DNA of 64,000 nucleotides from Chrysomallon squamiferum (Eukaryota > Animalia > Mollusca): assembly GCA_012295275.1 (NCBI GenBank), contig CM022668.1:16182001-16246000 (forward strand), in the 5' to 3' direction. Position numbers and translations under genes: made by a program. The notes under the pieces were generated by a model. That model saw only the letters and a list, made by a program, of their open reading frames with translations, did not search any database and had not been told where the DNA came from. Below are positions 54,687-64,000 of this stretch, piece by piece (within the stretch, counting starts at the first letter, position 1; each line of letters starts with the position of its first letter).

Positions 54687-57513
54687 TTATTCGACATTTG
54701 AAGTGTTAAATAAAATGTTCGCTAACGTACTCTGAGAAGCGTACAACTCTTCTCGGGACTCAGTGCACATTTTAAATTGATCACGTGGTAAGCTGACGTC
54801 ACAGGTCTTATTGTGGTACAGATGAACTAAACTTGTATCAATTGAACGAAATACTTTTAGTCCATGTTTTAGACATTTGTCGAAAAACTCAGCATCTTCC
54901 TTGCCCCAGCCCTGAATACCAGAAAACCCTCCCACTCGAGTGACGTCATAATTATATATTCCCACAATTCCATAGCCAAAATAACGCCACATTCCCGTGT
55001 CTTGTCCGAAATCAAAATCTGTTTTATTAACGGAGCAGTTTTCAGGGTTGGTGTAACACGGTGCTTGTTTGTTGTACTGAGTGAATGGAATCGGGAAATA
55101 CACTTGTTTGCCGAGCTTTGTGTTAAGAAACACTCTGTGTAGAAAATCAGCTGTAAACGTCATATCGACATCCACGATTAGTATCAGTGAGTCTGGTGGT
55201 AATCCCCTTAAACCTGTTTTTATTGCGTTACCGCGAGAAAACGTCCCGCTTATTATCAGGATTTCTGTGTTGAACCTAGAGTCAGGTTTACTAAACATTT
55301 CAGCGTATTTTGCAGATCTCAGATATTCGCCAGTTTCGTCTGAGTACAGGACAACTCTGAGTAGAACGTCACCTGGATAACCTGACAGCGAGGAGTTTAA
55401 CTGTTTAATGAAACGCGCAAATGTCGCCGATCGCTTATACAGCGGTAATATTACGTGTATGGTTTTATCTCCGTAACCCACGAATGTCGAATCTTCCGCT
55501 ATCTCTGTCAGCTGAAACCGCTGCAGTGAGACATATGATTTGAGTATTGACTTGTTTTCCTCCGTTCCCGTGATGTGTTCCAGTCCAGATTTGGGACTGA
55601 CTTTTACGTAAGAAAAAACTGGTTTTTCTGAGGCCGATGTGAACTCGTTTAGAGCACCAATAGAAGCTGCTAGTCCGAGTTGTCTGCCCTTGAGCTTCAC
55701 CTGCTCAAATGGTTCGTTAAATGGGATTTTATATGAATACACATTTCCTTTACGAATAAATTCCCAGATAGCGTCTTCCTTTTCTTTCATGTCTGGTTGA
55801 GTATTTACTTCACTGACCATTTTGCTGTCTTTATTAACGTTTTCAGACACGCCCTTTTCAGCAGTAGTCATGTTTAGTCCGTCAACCCTCTCGTTGTCTT
55901 CACTCATGCTTTCGTTATTAACAGCATTCTGACGAGACGTCTGTTCCAGTAAATCATTAACCCTTTTGCTGCTCGGTGCTGTCGGACTTGGAGGAAATCT
56001 CTTGTGCAGATTATCGATGACCTTGACAAGCTGAGACATTTTCTGTCTGAGTTTCAAGATGTGCTGGGTGTTGAAATAGTAGAAGAGTTCATAGACGTGT
56101 GTTGGCTGCTTCACGGGATGCAGAGTCAGCGCATAGATCAGTTTACTGTACATCACCTCTCGAAACAGCACGTTTTCTTCCTTGTAGTTCTGAAAGAAGA
56201 GGTCTGAAAACTGCAACGAGAAGGACAATTTATGATTATTATCGATTTGTAGCCGTAGTCATGTACACAAAAGCCGATGCCATAGCTCAGAAATACGATG
56301 TGTAAAGAAGTGATAAGAACATGACAGAAGTAAATTATATATTTTAAAATGACCGTGATAATGCATGGGATTTTTGGTATAATGAGTAGTACAATTTTGA
56401 GGATTTGTTGTTTAGTGATGAATGAATGATGACGATGATGTGTAACGATGATTAAGTTATTGTTGTGTAATTGATTGATGTAATAACAGCTATAACAATA
56501 CGAGTAAGATCATAATAATAATAATAATAACAGAACAACAACAACATGCTTATTGTCATTAACAACATTACAACAATACAATATAATAATAATAATAATA
56601 ATAATAACAATAACAATAACAATAACAATAACAATAACAACAACAACAATAATAATAATAATAATAATAATAACAATAACAATAACAATAACAATAACAA
56701 TAATAATAATAATAATAATAATATTAATAATAATAATGGAAGAATAGTGCCACTTACTTCAGCAGCAGATGTACAGAATAATCCCGCATTTTTCTGAACA
56801 CATCTACCGAGCTCAGTGTCCTCGTGTGACGTCACAGTGTCATTGAGACATGACGACAAAGCAGGAACAGTCAGTCGTAAAGTTTCTTTCGTGAACAAAA
56901 TCCCAGGACCCCCCATACAATAGAAACCCTTTTCACCGGGAAGACCTAATTTCCCCTTCTCCTTGGGTCTTCCAAGACCTGGATGTCCCACGTACCAGCG
57001 CCTGGAGCTGTTGACGGATTTTAGAAATCTCTCCAGATACTCTGGCTTCACAAACAGATCGTCGTCTGCTCGCATGAACCACTCGAACTGGTCCAAGTAA
57101 TTGTCGTGCATGTACTTTATCATAGAAAAACATTTCTTCTGTGGTGGGTAGGTCGTGTCGGAAACATCATCCAGGGCAACAACAGGCAGCTTTCCACGAT
57201 ATTTCTCGCCTTTTCCTATAAAGAAAATAATTTTTCCAGGAACGTCTTTCGCCCAAGTGCGATAAATGGCAGCGGCTTTTGTGTTCAGATTTTGCCATGT
57301 GGAGAGGACACCGATCAAGAGGAATGGCTCGTGACTTCTGCTGAGGTCTGGAAGTGCACTGCTGATGTTCGTTGACCCAGCAGCTGTAGAACAGACACCC
57401 CGTTTTAAGAATATTAACGCCAGCACATTCACTATACAAACACCAAACAGAAATCCACAGGCAAACTTGATTACCGGGTAGCATAGGCTACATTTTGTAA
57501 AAGTGCTATTCAT
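54687..57513 (-). CDS. Chondroitin sulfate synthase 1-like paralog F (759 aa); uninterrupted, both GT31 and GT7 motifs intact
   Basis: Exons 57513-56758 and 56210-54687, phase 0. YPPQKK, WFMRADDD, YCMGGPG, SHEDTELGRC, LTLHPVK, FSRG, DVD, WRYFGYGI, GGFSGIQGWGKED, HLYH. Probable 5'-UTR intron 58419-57643. Confidence 0.93.
56560..56737. repeat. (AAT)n/(AACAAT)n microsatellite in the paralog F intron
   Basis: Directly visible; it gives the false poly-Leu tail of ORF 56452-57513. Confidence 0.9.
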
Positions 57514-57678
57514 AACTGAATTTCCTTACAAGTCCGACTTCCCCGCTGTTAAAGTTAATATTGATTTCACGTCTGGTGTGGATATTTGAACCAGTTCCGC
57601 TTCATCTTCTATTTTAGTTTTCCGTTTTTGTTTTCTTTGAATCTGTAAAAATATAAACATAAAAATGCTTGTACTAAA

Positions 57679-57744
<66 letters not shown>

Positions 57745-57773
57745 ACTCTCTCTCTCTCTCTCTCTCTCTTCTG

Positions 57774-57810
<37 letters not shown>

Positions 57811-60308
57811 CTGGGGCCACTGAAAAATGGATAAAAAAACTGGGGCCTAAAAAGGATAAAAATAACATCACTTCGAACTGTATGCTTTTAATTCTAGTTT
57901 TGCCATTAATATAAACATTTTAGTAAAATTCTACAGTCCATCATTTTTTGAGGGGCAAAATCCGACATCATCCGATTAATAATTTAATTATTTAGCTGCA
58001 TTCGGTTTTATTATTAAAAACTCGATTAATTGTCAAATTTTAACGCTTACTTTTTCGCATAAATTTTCGTTATTGGCTGTTTGTATTTTAATTAAATGAT
58101 TTTAATCTACAGCTAGTGTCACTGTTTGGAAAAATCCATCTCAGTTTTGATTTAGGAGTGGATTGGAATGGGTGAATTACCACCAACTCTGAACAGACGA
58201 TAAATACCCCCCCACCCCGTTCCACCCGCCCGACAGACCTACCCTAATTTGAAGAGTTTGCAGTTATCGAGACTCGACCTAGATCATGTACGCAATTCAA
58301 AAAGGGGAAGACTTCCTAGTTCAGCTGTTCTTTCGTCACTGGATTGCTGAACTGACATCACATTCTCTGAACGTTTATCAGAACTAACAGCCTCTGTTAT
58401 TTATTATAAAAAATCTTACCTTTGTATTTTCTTTGTGTGGTCACAGCACGTTGTTATTTCCATTATCTGCTCTCAGCCACCCGGAATTACGGTTCGTGAT
58501 TTTGTCACTTGTGACCCTGTTTTTGTATTTTAAGGTTTCACGGCGAACAATTCTTTTTTTTTTATTTGTTCGATCTTTTTCTTCTTCTTCTTCCTTAAGA
58601 AAACGGATGCTGTTAAGATAAGCTTGAGGTTTGAAAGGAACCAGAACGTGACTTGTAAAGGCGGATCCATAACTTTATATGAGTGGTTTAGCAAAATTAT
58701 CAGATCACGGAAGATTTACCTCTGTGTGTGTATGTGTGTGTGTGTGTGTGTGTATGTGCGTGTGTGTCCGTGTGTGGACAGACAGATAGATTAGGTGTCT
58801 CCATTAATTCTGTGAATAAACATTATTAATTTGATAAAAGAGACACATAACAATTATTATTATTTTTTTTTTAAAAGAAAGAAAAGAAAAAAGATTAATT
58901 ACGATCAAAAATCGATGGCAGTTGTGAGGGTGAAGTGTTACACACCCACCCCACCCACCCACTCAGACGTATAAATCAAAATAATTATTTAAGGGCATCC
59001 ACCGTTCCAAGAAATTCCAAGAATTTGCTTCGTAACTAAAGGAGTTAGATTGCCAAATGTAATTAAACTTACAAATTATTATTTTATTGTTTTTGTTGAC
59101 TTGTTATTGATAATAAGAAAAAAAATAATAATAATAATTAAAAAAAAAAAAAACGCATAAAATAAAATATTGTATAAAACATTTCAACATCATACAACTG
59201 GAGTGTTTACGTCATTACATACCTTATGGATTGTTACTATAGTAACACCTGGGATTTTTTTTGTTTTTTTTCGGACGACACAACAAAAATTAACTTTAAA
59301 GCAAATCGGAACGACTACAGTACGATGACGTCACAACTACATACAAATTTCACTGTGCCGACCTATTTTTAAACTGTAGTCTTTTGTTGTTATATTCGTT
59401 ATTAAACTTGACTAAAATAAATAAATAAATAAATAATAAATAAATAAATAAATAAATAAATAAAAATAAGAAAAAAATAATATATACTTCTCTGTCGCAT
59501 ACAGTTCAAACATTATTATTACTGTCTTTACAAATGAAGTTGCATTTCACATCTCACGTAATAAATTGTTGTGAGGGGAGAAATCCATGCAACTGAGATC
59601 ACTGCTATTTGATTATTATTCATACAGGTGTTTTAGCACTGGGATGACATGTCTGTAATACTATAAAAATCTGTTTATTGACAACGGTATAAAACACAAA
59701 CAACCATGTTACATTATTTTATATTATTTAAGCAGCATAAAACAACACCACATATATTCCCTCACTGATTTATTTAAAATCAGTTAATTAAACAATATAT
59801 TAACAACAATATTTAAAAAAAATAAAAATAAAAAAAAAATATTAAAAAAAAAAAATAAACTGTTATATTTACCTACATGAAGGTATTGAGAAAATATTTT
59901 GTTTGAATGGACTGCATTTTTTCTATTTTTTTTTCTTTTTTTTTTATATAAAATTTTTAAATAATTAATACAATTTATAATTTTTTTTGGATCAATCAAG
60001 AAATTATTTACATCCTAATTTTACTGAAATTTTTAAAGTTAAAACAAATGAGCACAATCTGAAAAATGAAAAAAAGACAAAAATGTGCAGTAATTATATC
60101 AAAACTGTTTTTTGTTATTATTGTTTTGCAGCAATTCACTTTATAAACAGTCAAATTCATGAACACACACACCCATGTTCTTTTTAGTAAGAATAGGATT
60201 AAGATGAGATGATACATATCTGTGCATCTGTGTACACACACACACACACACCCTTGTTCTTTTCAGTATGAATGGGATTAAGATGAGACGATACATATCT
60301 GTGCATCT

Positions 60309-60359
<51 letters not shown>

Positions 60360-60756
60360 TCTATCTTTGTGTCTATATTGATCTATATAATATATTGTTC
60401 CAAATCTTATTCTTTTCTAGCCTTAAGCAAACAACATGTAATGCCATAGAAATATTTTCTTTGACATGTTAACCCATAAGAGAAATGTAAATTTTAATTC
60501 TCTCTCTCTCTTTTTTTTCTAACACAACAACCAATAACATTTAACCCATAAGACAAATATCAATTTTAAAATTTTTTTTTTTTTTTTATAACAAGCAATA
60601 ACTTTTAATTTTGTTGTGAAACAAATCAGAGAAAGATAAATTTTAAAACTGTTATATAAACAGTAAATTATAAAAAAAATATATTTTTTTTTTCTTCTTA
60701 CACAACTAATAATTTTTAATTTTTAACCAGTTACAGAAAGATATTTTCACTTTCTT

Positions 60757-60915
60757 GTGTAAACAATTTAAGGAATACAGACTTTAATTTTGTTGTGTAA
60801 ACAATCTAAGGAGTACAGACTTTAATTTTGTTGTGTAAACAATCTAAGGAGTCCAGACTTTAATTTTGTTGTGTAAACAATCTAAGGAATACAGACTTTC
60901 ATTTTGTGTAAGCAA
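60757..60915. repeat. 38-bp tandem repeat (about 4 copies) immediately after the GMPPA stop codon
   Basis: Unit ttgtgtaaacaatctaaggagtacagactttaattttg. Confidence 0.85.
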
Positions 60916-63063
60916 TCACAGAATGATTTGATTCTTGTAACATCCACTGAGATCTTTGTGTGGTAGGACAATGGAGTTGAGAATGATTACCTCTGATGGG
61001 ACTTGAACATTGGAACCTGAGGACACAAATACAAACTGAAGATTACAAAACTTTCTTGCAATATACACTTACAAATATGAATATTTTGTGTATCTATTAT
61101 TTACATTAAAAAAAAAAAGACCAAAAAAAAAAAAAATAAAATAATCTTTCTTACTAATAACTGAGACATTATTTTTATTAAAAAGTAAATAATTGTTCTC
61201 ACCAATAACTGTAATGGAAGGATTGAGTTTGCCCTCCTGTGTGAACATGGTTGGAACTTCTACTTTGGCAAATGGTTTGTTTGGGTTGGGATCATTCGGT
61301 GTTCCCTCCACCCGAGTCCATCTGCCTATAGAACTGTGCCAGCCCACAATAGTGTGCAGAATACAGCAGTGATTCTAAAACACAGAACACTAACAATATT
61401 AATAGTGTGCAGAATACAGCAGTGATTCTAAAACACAGAACACTAACATTATTAATAGTGTGCAGAATACAGCAGTGATTCTAAAACACGAAACACTAAC
61501 AATATTAATAGTGTGCAGAATACAGCAGTGATTCTAAAACACAGAACACTAACAATATTAATAGTGTGCAGAATACATCAGTGATTCTAAAACACAGAAC
61601 ACTAACATTATTAATACAGCAGTGATTCTAAAACACAGAACACTAACATTATTAATAAATAGTGTGCAGAATACAGCAGTGATTCTAAAACACAGAACAC
61701 TAACATTATTAATAAATAGTGTGCAGAATACAGCAGTGATTCTAAAACACAGAACACTAACAATATTAATAGTGTGCAGAATACAGCAGTGATTCTAAAA
61801 CACAGAAAACTAACATTATTAATAAGTCTGCAAAAGTCATTTTACTGATTTTTTATTGGTAAAAAACATATAAAGATAAACAGACAGACATGGTACCTTT
61901 TTCTCTCTCAAACAACCACACATATATAAACATTAACACACACACACACACACACATACACAAACAAACACACACACACATGCTCACAGAAATACACAAA
62001 CACGTAAAACACTCTCTCCCTTTAGTTTCCACACACAGATATTTAGATATTTAAATAAAATTACAGAGGCAGTGAAAAGAATAGAAGTTTCAGCAAAGTG
62101 AACAGCAACACACAGATGTATTCTGAAGCACACAGATGTATTTTGAAGCAGTATTTACAGTGTGGGTGTAGGTGGACAGTGTGAAAATTTACCTGCAGAG
62201 TGGCTCCCTCTAAAACTATGGATTCTCTGACTCGCACTCCTTCACCTACTGTTACATATCTACCTATAGTGACGTTAGGTCCAAGCTGAAAACACAACAC
62301 ACGAATGTTTTCATAAATACACACATAAATTAACAGTTTCATTGTAAGTATGTGTTAAAAAATGATATGCTGATGAGTGTGTAAGATAAATGTATCGTTT
62401 AAAGCATAGAAAATGTTGATATTGTACACACACAAATTAATACTCTGTGTACATGTCTTTAACTGTACGTTAAGAATGTATGACTTGATGAGTATTTTTG
62501 TTAAATGTGTCAGTTAAATCTACAAATTTCAGTTTTATCATGTGTCAACACAAAAAGAGATATCAATATTTTCACTGTCCCAAATCTTACAGTACGATAA
62601 TTACTAAAGATTTCATGGGCAGAAAATTCTGAAATGTGTAGATAGGCTAAAAAGGTAAATGTCCCTAACATCAAATAGACTATGAAATAAGTGGTTACAT
62701 TAAAAACATCTATTTCACTTGAAGTTAACTGTGAGAAAGGTGTAATATATGTAAAATTTAACTCACTACTGCTGTGGGGTGGACTGAAGCTGTGGGGTGG
62801 ATGAAAACATCTCCAATAATCCTTGGCTTGTCTTCCCCATTCACTGCCAGTCTCTCTGGGTGAGTCTTCCTGTAGATAGCCAGGTAGTGTCTGTTTGCAT
62901 ACACTGCAGCCCTGATACAGATCAATCAATTAAATAAACTGACAGCCATTTTTAGCGAAAAATAAAATTAAATATACCATATGAAACATTAAATAATATT
63001 TTAATTTCATCCATCAATCCATGTATGTATAGGTGTGTTTGTGTATGTGTGGTGTGTGTGTGT

Positions 63064-63152
<89 letters not shown>

Positions 63153-63483
63153 GTATAAATATAGATATAGACACACACACACACATACATACATACATAC
63201 ACCACAATAAATAATTATCTGATATGTTTGGTTGTTTGCTAACAAAGGTTTAATGTTTTATGTATCTGAAAACTCAAATGTTGCTGGTACAACCTGATAA
63301 ATGCACATTGAACACATCTGACTGTAAACTATTCAAGTTTTTAAGTCTTACCCTGCAGACTTGATCTGACTCCAGAATCTTGACGTATTTTTGAACACGA
63401 ACAGTTTGGCGCAGTTAGCGAGAGACACAAAAATATCTTGCTCCATCCGAATCACCTCCTTCGAGGGAATATGGAAATCAAAA
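60916..63483 (-). CDS. GMPPA: Mannose-1-phosphate guanylyltransferase alpha (GMPPA), 3' exons; gene continues beyond the window
   Basis: Exons 63483-63352 ([17 protein letters not shown]), 62911-62767 ([28 protein letters not shown]), 62285-62193 ([18 protein letters not shown]), 61374-61203 ([40 protein letters not shown]) and 61016-60916 ([17 protein letters not shown]). These are diagnostic GMPPA motifs. A possible further exon ends at 63975 but its phase is unresolved. Confidence 0.95.
61348..61824 (-). repeat. 53-bp tandem array (9 copies) spanning a GMPPA 3' splice site
   Basis: Plus-strand unit aatagtgtgcagaatacagcagtgattctaaaacacagaacactaacaatatt starts at 61348, 61401, 61454, 61507, 61560, 61613 (partial), 61658, 61715 and 61768. 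On the - strand it is ttttag| plus the first 27 exon nt. Confidence 0.95.
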
Positions 63484-63693
63484 CTGAAGAGAAGAAACCA
63501 GTCATAGAGTTTAGTATTCAGATTATGTGGGTTTGATTTCATTACAAGATTTAGAAGATAAACAACAATTATGAAATATATACATATATATATATATTTT
63601 TACTTTTTGGATAAGTTTTTGTTATGATTTTAAATGAACACATCTATGTCTCTTTGTTAACACATATGGAGAATAATTAGGAAATAATAATAA

Positions 63694-63741
<48 letters not shown>

Positions 63742-64000
63742 CATAATAATAAAGATAATGATGACGCTAAGAATAACAACAATAATTAAAAAAAAGGAAA
63801 AAAAGAATAATATTCATGTCATTAAAAAAATCCATGAATTATGATTAAAATGACTTTTGTTTTCTTTATAAAGGTACAAAAATGTTATACCACAAATATA
63901 TTATACTTCAGTTATTTATTTATTTATTTATTTATTTGAGTACTTTTTAATCTGTCAAAGACAGCCTGACTCACCATCATGCCATTTTGAAGAAAACACA

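Noticed and set aside
55081-55380. Conserved antisense ORFs opposite the GT7 exons (also 30438-30710 and 44799-45038)
   Set aside because: They are shadows of the conserved sense-strand codons and have no independent signal.
56452-56757. Poly-Leu transmembrane tail on the paralog F N-terminal ORF (similar hydrophobic tails on A, B, C)
   Set aside because: This is read-through past the conserved GAA/GAG|gt donor into intronic microsatellite.
58205-58245. C-rich patches able to form minus-strand G-quadruplexes (also 58945-58962)
   Set aside because: Short and low-complexity, and no function can be supported from sequence.

Overview
AT-rich, microsatellite-laden animal genomic DNA with spliceosomal GT-AG introns. 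The organism is probably an invertebrate, plausibly a mollusc, but that is inference only. There are three loci. (1) A complete 35-coding-exon alsin gene (ALS2, + strand, 1264-25380, about 2,070 aa) with RCC1-like, DH/PH, MORN and VPS9 regions and a large acidic repeat insertion. (2) A tandem cluster (28.0-57.5 kb) of six two-coding-exon chondroitin sulfate synthase (CHSY1-like, GT31+GT7) paralogs, here labelled A-F, plus a fragmented seventh copy (D'). The cluster was shaped by segmental duplication, inversion and patchwork gene conversion, and carries Tigger/pogo and Tc1 relics. (3) The 3' part of GMPPA (- strand, 60916 to the window end). The most notable signal is that the CHSY paralogs have degenerated in complementary domains: B and C keep only the GT31 motifs, D keeps only the GT7 motifs, A is a chimera with a rewritten GT7 active site, and F is intact in both. 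Second, several tandem arrays are anchored exactly on splice sites and multiply them up to 11 times, each unit delimiting a possible 3n-length micro-exon. Many single-base frameshifts lie in homopolymers and are probably assembly errors. All coordinates were read by eye.
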